Of a DNA stretch of 64,000 bases, positions 1 to 9,957 are shown in pieces. The stretch is taken from positions 1 through 64,000 of the IMG/VR virus record IMGVR_UViG_3300048833_000111; one strand, written 5' to 3'. Under the pieces are notes generated by a model. It saw only the letters and a program-made list of their open reading frames with translations, did no database searches and was not told the DNA's origin. Each line of letters starts with the position of its first letter. Within the stretch, counting starts at the first letter, position 1. A program made the position numbers and the translations under genes. The DNA is from a virus.

Positions 1-955
1 CCCAGAACATTAATCCTGGTTCAGCTACATTATGAGCAGATTTTATAATCTCATCCCAATATTCTTTAGCCTTTATTCTTTTAACCTTACAATATTCTTT
101 TTCTTCTCCATGTAATTCCCAATGATGTAAATCTTCTACAGATAATAATTTATTATATATTTTAGGAAATTCTCTATCATCAAAACCTACTCCATTTTCT
201 CTAGTAAGACCATCTACATACTCCTGATTAAAATCTATATCACATGGAAATCTAAGAAAATAATCTTCATCATTTTCTACAGCTTTCATAAACTCATCAT
301 TGAGTTTAATAGAAATATTAGCACCAGTTACCTGTGATAAATCTCTTTTAATTTTTATAAAATCAAGTACATCAGGATGATTAATATCAATACTAATCAT
401 TAATGCACCTCTTCTTCCATTTTGTGCCACTTCTCTTGTAGTATTTGAGAATCTATGCATAAAGCTTATAGCCCCTGTAGAGGATTTAGCTGCATTTGTA
501 GTAGTTGTACCCTCAGGTCTCAATGTAGATATATCTATACCTACACCACCTCTTCTTTTCATTAACTGAGCTAATTCTTGGTCCTTTTGGAATATACCAC
601 CATAAGAATCATAAGGTTGTCCTACAACAAAACAATTGGATAGTGAACCTATGTTACTAGCTCCTAATTGTGACATTATACTCCCCTGTGGTATAATATA
701 TTTAAAATCTTTGAATAGTTTATAAATTGAATTCTCATCTAACTCATCCCTACTATTCCCATAGTCAGAAAGATAATCTATAGGATTATTTTGGTCCTGC
801 TTTTCAATATAACTTTTTTCAATTCTAGCAAATTCTTTTGCCATTCTTTTATGCATATCATCAGGAGTTTCTTCTCCTTCTAATGCATACTTACTCTGCC
901 ATACATTGGCAGCTAATTCATTGTCATTAAAATATTCTAATAACTTACTTCCCAT
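1..955 (-). CDS. nrdJ: Class II (B12-dependent) ribonucleotide reductase, 5' part (runs off window start)
   Basis: Manual translation MGSKLLEYFNDNELAANVWQSKY...IPQGSIM...SLSNCFVV...RRGGVGIDISTLRP...GRRGALMISIDINHPD...GANISIK; typical RNR motifs. Confidence 0.9.
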   Translation of the reverse strand, partial: MGSKLLEYFNDNELAANVWQSKYALEGEETPDDMHKRMAKEFARIEKSYIEKQDQNNPIDYLSDYGNSRDELDENSIYKLFKDFKYIIPQGSIMSQLGASNIGSLSNCFVVGQPYDSYGGIFQKDQELAQLMKRRGGVGIDISTLRPEGTTTTNAAKSSTGAISFMHRFSNTTREVAQNGRRGALMISIDINHPDVLDFIKIKRDLSQVTGANISIKLNDEFMKAVENDEDYFLRFPCDIDFNQEYVDGLTRENGVGFDDREFPKIYNKLLSVEDLHHWELHGEEKEYCKVKRIKAKEYWDEIIKSAHNVAEPGLMFW

Positions 956-1096
956 TTTTTGTTTTTTAAAATAATATTATAAATTCTCTTGTAGTATAAT
1001 CTCCTGTTTTACCCTCTACTGTATACCATAAAAGGTACTTACCATACACACAATGTATGGAAGGTTTAAATCTTAGATAAAGTAAAAGCAAGACTA

Positions 1097-1104
1097 CAAA
1101 GATA
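1097..1104 (-). promoter_or_regulatory. Bacteroidota-type -7 promoter element upstream of RNR
   Basis: TATCTTTG on minus strand; -33 element weak. Confidence 0.5.
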
Positions 1105-1134
1105 CAAAATACTAATGCTATTATTAAATCCATA

Positions 1135-1377
1135 TTAATTTATTTTTACTATTTGTAATCTACCTTGCCTTTCCAATTCTTTCCTCATTTCTGCTGGAGT
1201 ACTAAAACCATATGGTCTATATAACCATCTTAACCTATAGTTAAAAGAACTACTAGCACTTCTTTTAGTCTCAAAACCAGCACTTCCATATCCTTGTATA
1301 GGATTACCATCTAGAAATATAACCCAAATATCTTCTTTAGCAATATTAAATTCACTAAGTTGTTTTAATTCAGCCAT
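1135..1377 (-). CDS. Hypothetical protein
   Basis: ORF overlapping upstream gene in operon-like arrangement. Confidence 0.6.
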   Translation of the reverse strand: MAELKQLSEFNIAKEDIWVIFLDGNPIQGYGSAGFETKRSASSSFNYRLRWLYRPYGFSTPAEMRKELERQGRLQIVKIN

Positions 1378-1871
1378 TTGTTTACTTCACTTAAATGTGT
1401 TATTATTTTAGATTTATCATCTATTTCTGCTGACATATAAGAAGGTTTAAATTGCAATGCAATTCTATTACCTTTATTTATAGTCTCAATTGTAGATATT
1501 TTATCATCTACAAGTATATCTATACCTAAACTTTTCATTGTACCTAATTTATCTTTAGAATGTAATACAGGCTTATCTGGAAATCCATTTCTAGATAACC
1601 AAGCTTTTCTTACATAAACTAAAGACTGAGGTGAAGAGGTTATATAACAGGTAAAATCAAAATTTATAGTATTAGGATGTGAAAGCACATCTAAATTATA
1701 ATAGAAAGAAGGGTCTGCATCTACTTCTGGCATACATTCTCCCAACCACTTACAATCTTCTTTTCCATCCCAAATATCCACTTTTAATTCAGGTTTTTTA
1801 TATTTTATACACATTGCTGGATAAAATGCTGCTAATACATCATCTATATCTAATGCTATTTTCTTTCTCAT
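1365..1871 (-). CDS. HAD-family 5'(3')-deoxyribonucleotidase-like protein
   Basis: N-terminal DIDDVL motif and C-terminal LVDD motif. Confidence 0.75.
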   Translation of the reverse strand: MRKKIALDIDDVLAAFYPAMCIKYKKPELKVDIWDGKEDCKWLGECMPEVDADPSFYYNLDVLSHPNTINFDFTCYITSSPQSLVYVRKAWLSRNGFPDKPVLHSKDKLGTMKSLGIDILVDDKISTIETINKGNRIALQFKPSYMSAEIDDKSKIITHLSEVNKWLN

Positions 1872-2191
1872 TTCTCTCTAGGTTTGTTATGTCTATCATC
1901 AAATTCAGGTTTATGTTCCATCATCCAAGATAGGAATAAGGTATTACATTGTAAATGTCCTATATGGGATATACCAGATTCAGGGTCTATATCCTCTCCT
2001 TCCATAAAGGCATCTAAATGTCTTTTCATACTTTCACATATTTCAGTAATAGATAAGCCTTTCTGCCAATTAAATGGTGCATATTTCTCTGCACCAAACT
2101 CTAATACTCTAACCATAGGAGCTAATGCAGATTGAGGTACTAAAGACCATTTTAATTTACCTTGGTTATGTCTTGTTCCTTTTTCTTCCAT
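1868..2191 (-). CDS. dATP/dGTP diphosphohydrolase-domain protein (DUF5664-like)
   Basis: K.KWSLVP...VLEFGAEKY...NWQKG...RHL...EDIDPESGISH..H pattern. Confidence 0.75.
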   Translation of the reverse strand: MEEKGTRHNQGKLKWSLVPQSALAPMVRVLEFGAEKYAPFNWQKGLSITEICESMKRHLDAFMEGEDIDPESGISHIGHLQCNTLFLSWMMEHKPEFDDRHNKPREK

Positions 2192-2212
2192 ATTTTATTA
2201 AAATTAAAGGGT

Positions 2213-2863
2213 TCAAAGAGGCTTTACAGCCTCTTTTACTACCTCATAGTTAAAAATCTCTTCTTCTTTTTTTGGAGGAAAATCTAATTCTGCTTCTATA
2301 AAATCATTTACTGATGCAGTAGTTTTAAACTCCTTATTTACTATATCTACAAATGTCTTTATATAAGATTTCTCCTTATTAAGTACATCTTTAATTATCT
2401 TTAATTTACCATTTTGTTTTAGTTCCAATTCTTTATTGGGTATTTGAAGATATTTAAAATAATCTCTAATATCTTTTAAAGAATACATTTTACTATATTG
2501 TCCTTTTGTAAAGTTTATATAAGTAGAACTATACTCTTTTGGTATCCTAAGTACTAACATATGCATATCTTTCTCATAAATATAATCAGATACATAGTAC
2601 TCCTGATAACTTAACCAATCTAAAAACTTAGAAAACCTTTCTTTATAGTCTCTTATTTGACTATCACTAGCTAAAGGTATATTTGTATCTATAAGTATAT
2701 AAAGACAATTAGGTTCATCTTTTCTGTTGAAGTCTCTAACTCCTACAGCCAATTTAAAGAAACTACCTAAATTCTTCATTAGTTCTTCTCCATAGAATTT
2801 TAAACAAGGATATAAATATCTCCAGGTTTTGTTTTCATACAATTTCCCACGTTGTATTTGCAT
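2213..2863 (-). CDS. Hypothetical phage protein
   Basis: 216-aa ORF in co-directional block. Confidence 0.7.
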   Translation of the reverse strand: MQIQRGKLYENKTWRYLYPCLKFYGEELMKNLGSFFKLAVGVRDFNRKDEPNCLYILIDTNIPLASDSQIRDYKERFSKFLDWLSYQEYYVSDYIYEKDMHMLVLRIPKEYSSTYINFTKGQYSKMYSLKDIRDYFKYLQIPNKELELKQNGKLKIIKDVLNKEKSYIKTFVDIVNKEFKTTASVNDFIEAELDFPPKKEEEIFNYEVVKEAVKPL

Positions 2864-2878
2864 ATTTCTAATTTTTAA

Positions 2879-3943
2879 TTATACAATAATACCAGACCAA
2901 TCAATTTGTAGTTCAGATTTATTTTCTCTAACTACTTGGTCTACTTCAAAACCATTGGTACTATAATATTTGTATAATTCTAGTAATTGAACAAAACCCT
3001 TAATATCTTCAAGCTTTTGATAATATACAGTCTTTTTATTATCAGGATATAATGTATCTAATACATCTCCTTTTAAGTATATACATTCTCTACCATTCTT
3101 ACCTATATCAAGTAAAGTTTCATCACAAGTAAACACAAGAGGTTGCCCTGGGTCTGTTGTAGATTCAACTATAAATTTAAATGGTAAAATAGTATAATCT
3201 GGATATAAATACTTTAATGCTTCTGTATAAAAAGCAGCTTGAATATCATATCTCCTTCTTCTAAGAGATTTTGGAAATGTAATTGTATAATCTCCCATAG
3301 TTTTAATATCTATGGGTTGTATAGTTTTAGCCTTTCTATCAAATATAATCATATCTAATAAGGCTTTACAGTCTACACCCATACATTCAAAGTAAATTGG
3401 AACTTGATAATGTATTTCTGGAGCATTAAAATATACAGAAGTAGCCTCATTGGTTCTAAGTGACATAACTATAGTATCAATTAGTGTAGACTCTTCTTGG
3501 GATAATACAACTTTTCCTTGGGAAGCTTTTAAATCCTCCCAATATTCATAATTTTCACATATCTTATTTATCCTAGTGGCTTCATTCCATCTAGATTGAT
3601 AAGCATGACTATCACAAGCATTTATAATAAGTTCTTTGTAATCTTCATCAGTTATTCTACCTAATTCTGGACCATAGTGTTGTACAGCATTGTCAAATAC
3701 CATATTAATAATACTTTTTATAGTATCACTAGGTTTAGTATTTAAATCTGATACGTGATAGGTTTGATTATATATTTCCACATTTTGTGTTAACATACAA
3801 TCTACTGCTGAACCTATTATAAAATGAGTTTTTTCCTCAAAATATAGTTCAGCTTCTCTTTCATTTGTAAAAGCTTTGGGGCTAATTAATAAAGATTTTA
3901 ATTGTGATTGAGAAATACTACTATGTTCATAATAACTTTCCAT
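2879..3943 (-). CDS. PD-(D/E)XK exonuclease (RecE/exonuclease VIII-like)
   Basis: ISQSQLK, GSAVD, KALLD...IDIKT, YDIQAAFY motifs. Confidence 0.8.
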   Translation of the reverse strand: MESYYEHSSISQSQLKSLLISPKAFTNEREAELYFEEKTHFIIGSAVDCMLTQNVEIYNQTYHVSDLNTKPSDTIKSIINMVFDNAVQHYGPELGRITDEDYKELIINACDSHAYQSRWNEATRINKICENYEYWEDLKASQGKVVLSQEESTLIDTIVMSLRTNEATSVYFNAPEIHYQVPIYFECMGVDCKALLDMIIFDRKAKTIQPIDIKTMGDYTITFPKSLRRRRYDIQAAFYTEALKYLYPDYTILPFKFIVESTTDPGQPLVFTCDETLLDIGKNGRECIYLKGDVLDTLYPDNKKTVYYQKLEDIKGFVQLLELYKYYSTNGFEVDQVVRENKSELQIDWSGIIV

Positions 3944-4353
3944 TATTTCTTCATATTAAATTGTAAAATCTTTTTAAAATCTTCAAAAGTCATAAAGACT
4001 ATATCATCATATGGAATTCTATTTCTTCTACCTTTTTCCTTATTCTTTCTATGTATAAGTATTTTAGGTAAAGTATGTTCTATAGAAGATGGTGGAAATA
4101 ACTCCACCATCTTTTCCTCTATATAACTTAATTCCTTACTAGGATTTAATCCTTTATCATATCCAGCTTTAATCTGGACATTAAAAGGTAAAAATATTAA
4201 GTCTATACCTGCATCATCATGCAATTTTGAACCCATCCTAGCTGTTTTACAATGACTAAATCCTAATTCATCCCTAAAAATTTTAGCATACAGTCTTTCT
4301 GCATCTGAGCCTTTTCTTTTATTTGTTTTTCCATAACTTTTTTTATCTGCCAT
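3943..4353 (-). CDS. Holliday junction resolvase-like PD-(D/E)XK nuclease
   Basis: KRKGSDAER...GIDL...VQIK pattern. Confidence 0.65.
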   Translation of the reverse strand: MADKKSYGKTNKRKGSDAERLYAKIFRDELGFSHCKTARMGSKLHDDAGIDLIFLPFNVQIKAGYDKGLNPSKELSYIEEKMVELFPPSSIEHTLPKILIHRKNKEKGRRNRIPYDDIVFMTFEDFKKILQFNMKK

Positions 4354-4355
4354 AT

Positions 4356-5006
4356 TTATTGTATTTGTAACATTTTAGGCACATCTTCTTGTAAATGTTT
4401 CATCAATTGAGTAACATTCTTGAACTTAGGTTCCTCATAATTATTTTGAAATAACCATTCATTTATTCTTGAAGTTTGAACTACATCCATACCCAAATTT
4501 TTCAATGGGTCTATATACATTTCACCTACTTTTTTTCTTATATTTTTTAGCTCAGTTGTAGTATCAAAAGCATTATTAATAAATAAGGTAAATTTAGTTA
4601 TATCAGGATTACTTTCAATCTCACTTATAGGAGTATTTATAATATATTCTGAATTTATACCCAGACATACATATACAATATCACCTTTATAAATTATACC
4701 TCTATGTAAATTTACATACATATCCCTACCTCTTAATTTATAATTATATCTTATTGGTTGTCCAGTTGTAGATATAGTATTAAGTAGATGTGCATATTGT
4801 CTCACATAAGTATTGGGATTAGCATCCCCAGGTAATGAATATTCAATTAATCTTACACCACTTTCTTCAAATTCCACTAATTCATGTGCAAATAAAGAAT
4901 AAAATGGTACAAACATGTTACAATCAGAAGTTCCCATCAATCTAGTTCTATAATGCATTGGATTATATTGATTACTATTAAATTGAAAAGAAATTAAATT
5001 TCTCAT
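4356..5006 (-). CDS. Hypothetical protein coupled to the E1/ThiF gene
   Basis: 4-nt overlap with upstream ThiF ORF. Confidence 0.7.
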   Translation of the reverse strand: MRNLISFQFNSNQYNPMHYRTRLMGTSDCNMFVPFYSLFAHELVEFEESGVRLIEYSLPGDANPNTYVRQYAHLLNTISTTGQPIRYNYKLRGRDMYVNLHRGIIYKGDIVYVCLGINSEYIINTPISEIESNPDITKFTLFINNAFDTTTELKNIRKKVGEMYIDPLKNLGMDVVQTSRINEWLFQNNYEEPKFKNVTQLMKHLQEDVPKMLQIQ

Positions 5007-5752
5007 TGTTCTTGTTTTATTGGGTTAACTTCTTCATTTAAGTAATTAATAGGTATAAAATATTCCCATTTAAAAGGAACTATTCTATCATCTTCTCCAA
5101 TTACATTATTTGCATAATGGTTAGTAAAAAATCCCACCATATGTGATGCAATCATTGCTGCTGAGTGAGAGGTTTGCTTTAGAGTACAAGGTGCTTCCAT
5201 AACTTCAGAATCATCAAAAAGATATTGTTCATAATCTTCCATAGTTTCTGGAGTCACACAAAAGATAGTAAGTTGTTCCATAAGTAATCTACCATCTACA
5301 AATATAGGTATATTCTTATCTTTATCTTCTGCACCAGCTACAAGATTTACATCTTGCCAATCTTTTACATATTCTTTCCAATTTGCAAACATATCTTTCC
5401 TTGCTTGCATATTATCAAATGCTGAGAATACATAATGGTGACTCATAGAATCCTTAGTGTATCTCATATTGTTTGCCATTATATCTACATCTGCAAAATG
5501 TTTACATAAACCTTTTAATGCTTCTACTTTAGGTGCATTTTTCTCTGCATCCTCTTTTGTAAACAATTGACCTCCAATATTATGTTCTTCAATATTGTCA
5601 AAGTCAAACACTATAGGCTGAAAACCTGCTCTAGCTAACATTAGGGATAACCAAGAGCCTATTCCCCCAGCTCCCCCTACTATCACATGTATTGTCTGTT
5701 CTTTAGGATACCAAGGAGCATCTTTAAATCTACTTGCTTGTACTTGATTCAT
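5003..5752 (-). CDS. E1-like (ThiF/MoeB family) adenylating enzyme
   Basis: GGAGGIGS loop, DFDNIEEHNIGGQ, KVEAL, DN..AR, DGR; candidate catalytic Cys in APCT. Confidence 0.9.
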   Translation of the reverse strand: MNQVQASRFKDAPWYPKEQTIHVIVGGAGGIGSWLSLMLARAGFQPIVFDFDNIEEHNIGGQLFTKEDAEKNAPKVEALKGLCKHFADVDIMANNMRYTKDSMSHHYVFSAFDNMQARKDMFANWKEYVKDWQDVNLVAGAEDKDKNIPIFVDGRLLMEQLTIFCVTPETMEDYEQYLFDDSEVMEAPCTLKQTSHSAAMIASHMVGFFTNHYANNVIGEDDRIVPFKWEYFIPINYLNEEVNPIKQEQ

Positions 5753-6962
5753 ATTTCTTATATTTTTCTAACACACTCTTTAATCCTTCTATTACTGGCT
5801 TTAACATCTCTCTTATATAGTTTATATTGCTAGTATATAGTTCTTCTTCCAAAACTTCAATAACACCTTCTGTCATTTGTTCAAACATTTCTGGTGCATC
5901 TTTATCTTGTACGTGTATAAAGAATTTATTATAGATTTTTAAATAATTTTTAATAATATTGGAAGCTAGTGCAAATGGAGATACACTAAATGATTTATAG
6001 TGGTCAAGTATATCCTCTATATCAGAGAATTCACTATGGTCAGCACCATTATTTATCACAAACATTGCAAAATCTTCCATTATTTGCTGTTCCAATTCTT
6101 CTTCTGCTTCTTCAACTTCTTCTATCTGTTCAGCAAAATGTTTTAGAGATTGGGTCCTAACTTCTTCGGGGAAAAAATCTGCATCTTCCCAGGCATCATC
6201 TCCCCAATTTGAACCTGGATTTAACTTTCCCATAAAACTCCCTTTAGAGTTTGTAGGGTGTATTCTAGTTCTACTATGACCTATATTAAAACTTTTAGTA
6301 GTTGTAGTTTCAACAGATTCTCTTTTTTCAGCAGCTTCTATAATACCTTCTACCTTCTTTTTAAAATCATCCTCAACTTCTATAGTATTCTTTGGAGAAT
6401 TTATATCACAATTTAAGGTAATTAGTTTCTTTTCTACAACTTCTTCTACAGAATAGTTATACTTTTCTCCATTTTCATCTTTTGCAACAAATTGAGCTTT
6501 ATCACTCTCTACTATAAAAGCTACTTTTGCAGTAAACTCCATAAAGTTATTTACAATAAGTGATAAGTAGAAATTATGGTTTGGTGCATTATCTTCCAAT
6601 TCAGACCAATCTGTACCTGAGAAAAATACATTCATAGTATTATGACTATGTATATGCCCCATTTTCCAATCATCTGATTCTGGATTATCCATCATATAAT
6701 TTATTACTCTTTCATCAAAAGTATATTCTGTATAAGAAGAAGTGCCTTTATGCATAGGAAGTATATCCTGTAAAGTAAGTACCATATTTTCTGGGTCTTT
6801 AATAGAACCTTCCAATGAATAAAATAATACCCCTGACCACTCTACTTTAGGTATTTCCTTACACAGCCACTTTATCTGGTCTAGCACTTTCTTTGGCATT
6901 ACCAGTTTTATTTGAGTATCTTCTAACTGTACTCTCTCTAATTTTTTTGATATTGATGTCAT
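5730..6962 (-). CDS. JAB/MPN+ metallopeptidase with acidic C-terminal extension
   Basis: EWSG and HIHSHNTMNVFFSGTD = E...HxHx7SxxD JAMM motif. Confidence 0.85.
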   Translation of the reverse strand: MTSISKKLERVQLEDTQIKLVMPKKVLDQIKWLCKEIPKVEWSGVLFYSLEGSIKDPENMVLTLQDILPMHKGTSSYTEYTFDERVINYMMDNPESDDWKMGHIHSHNTMNVFFSGTDWSELEDNAPNHNFYLSLIVNNFMEFTAKVAFIVESDKAQFVAKDENGEKYNYSVEEVVEKKLITLNCDINSPKNTIEVEDDFKKKVEGIIEAAEKRESVETTTTKSFNIGHSRTRIHPTNSKGSFMGKLNPGSNWGDDAWEDADFFPEEVRTQSLKHFAEQIEEVEEAEEELEQQIMEDFAMFVINNGADHSEFSDIEDILDHYKSFSVSPFALASNIIKNYLKIYNKFFIHVQDKDAPEMFEQMTEGVIEVLEEELYTSNINYIREMLKPVIEGLKSVLEKYKKYESSTSK

Positions 6963-8028
6963 ATTCTAATTCTTGTTTTATAAAATTTCTTACTTCTGGG
7001 TGTAGAAAATACTTTATATTTGTAGTATCTCCTAAACTAGGGGGTTCCCCTATTTTAAATGTTAATTCTTTTCCTTGGAATATATATTTGAACTCAGGTC
7101 CAGTTGTACTCCTTACAGAAGGATACCCTGGTGGGCTACCAAACTGATAATAATTATTTTGACTATCCTTCATACATATAACCCTTTTCTTTAATGATTC
7201 ATCAAGTGGGACAGTTTCAGTAAGAAACTTTTCAAATCTATCATTGTCCACTATTATATATTGACCATTTTCAAGTTTAAAATCAACTTGTGGGGTTATT
7301 TTATTATTTCTATGATAATCTATAACTAAATCTTTTAAAGCCTTAAAATCATTTATATTAGGATTACTTCTCCTACCACTTTGAGTGTGTATTTGAATTT
7401 GCTCCATTCTTCTATGTGGTCCTCCCTCTAAAGATTCCCAACTTACTAATCCTGTTATCTGTATTAGAAAAGGTATTAATCTTTCTTCTGATATACCTTC
7501 AGAATTTATATCTGCAATAAAGTCATTTATATGTCCTGACCCTCTACAGAAAGAACTATAAAAAGGAGCTGTACTATTATGAAGATTAGTTGCACTTCCT
7601 GGTAAATGGCTATGGAAATAATTAGATGAATATTCAGCATAACTTACTGACATCCTTCCTCCAGATAGATGTGCTATATAAATTTCATCACCTCTTCTAG
7701 TTAAACTTATCTTTACAAATAAATCTGTAACTGTATGTTCTTTTTTATATGAATTTTTAAGTGTTATTTCAGGGAAATAAATAACTACACCAAGTATATC
7801 TACGATATCCTCATCAGGTCCTGTTAACGTTATATCCAAATCCCATAGTCCTTCATAAACTTCTTGAGTGCATTTAATAAATAACCTAAACTTTTCAAAT
7901 AAAGGTTTTGTCATATATTCTCCACTCAACAATAGTTTTTGATTCTTCTGTTGTTCTAAAATCCATTTAAAATCCCTACACTTATCAGCCTTTTTTATAT
8001 CTTGTATTTTTTTATTTAATGTTGACAT
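6859..8028 (-). CDS. Putative prokaryotic E2-like (UBC-fold) conjugating enzyme
   Basis: YFHSHL...SFCRGSG resembles the E2 HxH...C-G arrangement; lies between Ubl and JAB/E1 genes. Confidence 0.55.
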   Translation of the reverse strand: MSTLNKKIQDIKKADKCRDFKWILEQQKNQKLLLSGEYMTKPLFEKFRLFIKCTQEVYEGLWDLDITLTGPDEDIVDILGVVIYFPEITLKNSYKKEHTVTDLFVKISLTRRGDEIYIAHLSGGRMSVSYAEYSSNYFHSHLPGSATNLHNSTAPFYSSFCRGSGHINDFIADINSEGISEERLIPFLIQITGLVSWESLEGGPHRRMEQIQIHTQSGRRSNPNINDFKALKDLVIDYHRNNKITPQVDFKLENGQYIIVDNDRFEKFLTETVPLDESLKKRVICMKDSQNNYYQFGSPPGYPSVRSTTGPEFKYIFQGKELTFKIGEPPSLGDTTNIKYFLHPEVRNFIKQELEYDINIKKIRESTVRRYSNKTGNAKESARPDKVAV

Positions 8029-8050
8029 TATTATGTAGTAATATTATTAT

Positions 8051-8077
8051 AAAAGGGGAGCTGTATTGCCCCCCCTT
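8051..8077 (-). terminator. Intrinsic terminator-like hairpin after the Ubl gene
   Basis: G/C-run hairpin followed by T-run on minus strand. Confidence 0.55.
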
Positions 8078-8090
8078 AAATATTTGATTA

Positions 8091-8522
8091 TTAACCTAAC
8101 CAGTCATTGCTATTATTTCTTTCAGAGCTTTGTCCACTTGCCAATCTTCTCAAATCATCCATATCTGGGTCATTTGTACAAGAGTTTTTTATTAGAGCAT
8201 CTTCAGAACCTGTAAGTTCATCACCCAATGCTTCAAATAAATCTGCTAGTTCATTAAGTGAATTAGAGATTTGTGCAAGAACTCCTTCTACACTACCAGA
8301 TTTAGTTTTAGCTGGCATTAAGTACAATTTGAAATCTCCTTCAGGAAGCTGAGCCTCATCTAGATTCAATTCATTTCTTGTTTCACCAACCATCATCTTC
8401 ATTCCTTGATAGTTGATTTCTCTCTGTCTTAAAAGAGGTTTTAATTCTGCAACAGTTGTTACATTTGTCTCAATAGTACCAGAGGCACCTACTGTAGATA
8501 AAACTTTAATTTTTCTTGTCAT
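8091..8522 (-). CDS. Putative ubiquitin-like (beta-grasp) protein with C-terminal extension
   Basis: ~76-aa N-terminal domain RKIKV...TTVAELK...LPEGDFKLYLMPAKTKSG with Ub-like pattern ending in Gly; E1/E2/JAB context. Confidence 0.6.
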   Translation of the reverse strand: MTRKIKVLSTVGASGTIETNVTTVAELKPLLRQREINYQGMKMMVGETRNELNLDEAQLPEGDFKLYLMPAKTKSGSVEGVLAQISNSLNELADLFEALGDELTGSEDALIKNSCTNDPDMDDLRRLASGQSSERNNSNDWLG

Positions 8523-8543
8523 AATATTATGTTTTTAAATTAA

Positions 8544-8843
8544 TTAAATAGATACGTCAGAAAATCTAGATTTCTTAATATCTTGTGTGAATTCAAGAGC
8601 TTCCTCTAATCTAGCTAATTCAGAAGTTAATTTGAATTCAGATTTAACATCATAAGGAATCTGTCTTTGTGCTGCCACAATAGCTGATTTCTTTTGAGCA
8701 ATTTGAGAGTTTAGATTCATAATCTCTCTTTGTACTTCAATTGAAGCTTCTTGAGCTTTAATTTGTAAAGCTTCTGTTTTTTGTGTTTTCTCATCTTGAG
8801 AAATTAACTGCAAGTAAGTTACTTGTGCATTGTCTTTTGCCAT
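8544..8843 (-). CDS. Hypothetical coiled-coil protein
   Basis: Q/E/K-rich helical ORF. Confidence 0.7.
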   Translation of the reverse strand: MAKDNAQVTYLQLISQDEKTQKTEALQIKAQEASIEVQREIMNLNSQIAQKKSAIVAAQRQIPYDVKSEFKLTSELARLEEALEFTQDIKKSRFSDVSI

Positions 8844-8872
8844 TTTATTTAAATTTAAATATTAATAATTAA

Positions 8873-9943
8873 TTATATAATTTGTTTTTCTTTTAAGAAT
8901 TTTAATAAGGATTCTTTACCTTTTTTTTCAAAATAATCAGAAGGGTCTTTAATATTTTCATTTAATAATATAGGTGGTAAAAATAGACTACTGGTTTTTT
9001 TTAACTTAGTGATATTATTAATATAATCACTTACTATTTTAGAATTTGTTATTCCAGTACTATCATTATCAAACCATATTATTATAGTTTTAAATCTTTT
9101 ACTTAAGTGTAGTAATATCTTTTTATTGGGTATCATTCCTTCATTTTGGAACCAGATACAGTTAAAACCTAAATTTCTTAGTACTCTACAGTCTTTATAA
9201 GATTTTGTAATTATTAAAAGTTTTCCTTTAAGTGGTAAATTTTGTATAGAACCTACTTCATTTTGGCTACAATTTGTAAACCATTTTGCATCTTTAGATG
9301 CATGTGGTCTGTATATTTTAACCTTACCTTCTATTGGATTACCTTCAATATCTATAAAACCTGTATATGCATAACATATATCTAATGGTCTTACAGTGAA
9401 AGGTTCTCCCTTTCTAGAAATAGATTTATATATTTCTACAGGAATTACCTTATCTTCTATTAAATTTTCTTTTGTTATTTCGTATTTATTCCAAAATTGT
9501 TTATCTTTGTAGTTAAATTGTCTTGGTAAATAGGTGATAACTCTTTCCTTAAAGACTTTCTTAACATTCTTTTCTTCTACATAGCCATATTCGTGGATTA
9601 TTTCTTTAGCTTTTCCTAAGTTATCACCTAAACCAAGATTTAACTCTTTGTTGATTATTTCTAAAGCTTCTTTAAATGTTACATTGTAACAAGCTTTTAT
9701 GAAATCTATACAATTCATACTCTTTATAGGGTATGGAGATGCAAAATCAACAAATAATAACTTTCCATTAAACTCTTCAAAGTAACAATCTGGATTATTA
9801 TCATCACGATAAGGGGCTATATACATAGCCCCTTTATCCTGAATAATATCATCTTGTATGACTATTTTAAATATTTCTTCTTCTGTAGCTCTCTTGAATA
9901 TTTCCTCAGGCTTTAAAGGTACATACTTATTGTAGCCATACAT
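8873..9943 (-). CDS. DNA primase (TOPRIM)
   Basis: APYRDDNNP N-terminal motif, ITKSYKD, WFDNDSTG, KDPSD. Confidence 0.85.
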   Translation of the reverse strand: MYGYNKYVPLKPEEIFKRATEEEIFKIVIQDDIIQDKGAMYIAPYRDDNNPDCYFEEFNGKLLFVDFASPYPIKSMNCIDFIKACYNVTFKEALEIINKELNLGLGDNLGKAKEIIHEYGYVEEKNVKKVFKERVITYLPRQFNYKDKQFWNKYEITKENLIEDKVIPVEIYKSISRKGEPFTVRPLDICYAYTGFIDIEGNPIEGKVKIYRPHASKDAKWFTNCSQNEVGSIQNLPLKGKLLIITKSYKDCRVLRNLGFNCIWFQNEGMIPNKKILLHLSKRFKTIIIWFDNDSTGITNSKIVSDYINNITKLKKTSSLFLPPILLNENIKDPSDYFEKKGKESLLKFLKEKQII

Positions 9944-9957
9944 AGATTAAAATTTTC

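Noticed and set aside
1365-2191. Z-genome or other base-modification pathway suggested by the dATP/dGTP hydrolase domain
   Set aside because: No PurZ or other modification enzymes are visible in the window
5003-5752. ThiF as a thiamine or molybdopterin biosynthesis gene
   Set aside because: No pathway genes nearby and no CxxC zinc motifs; neighbours are JAB, E2-like and Ubl genes
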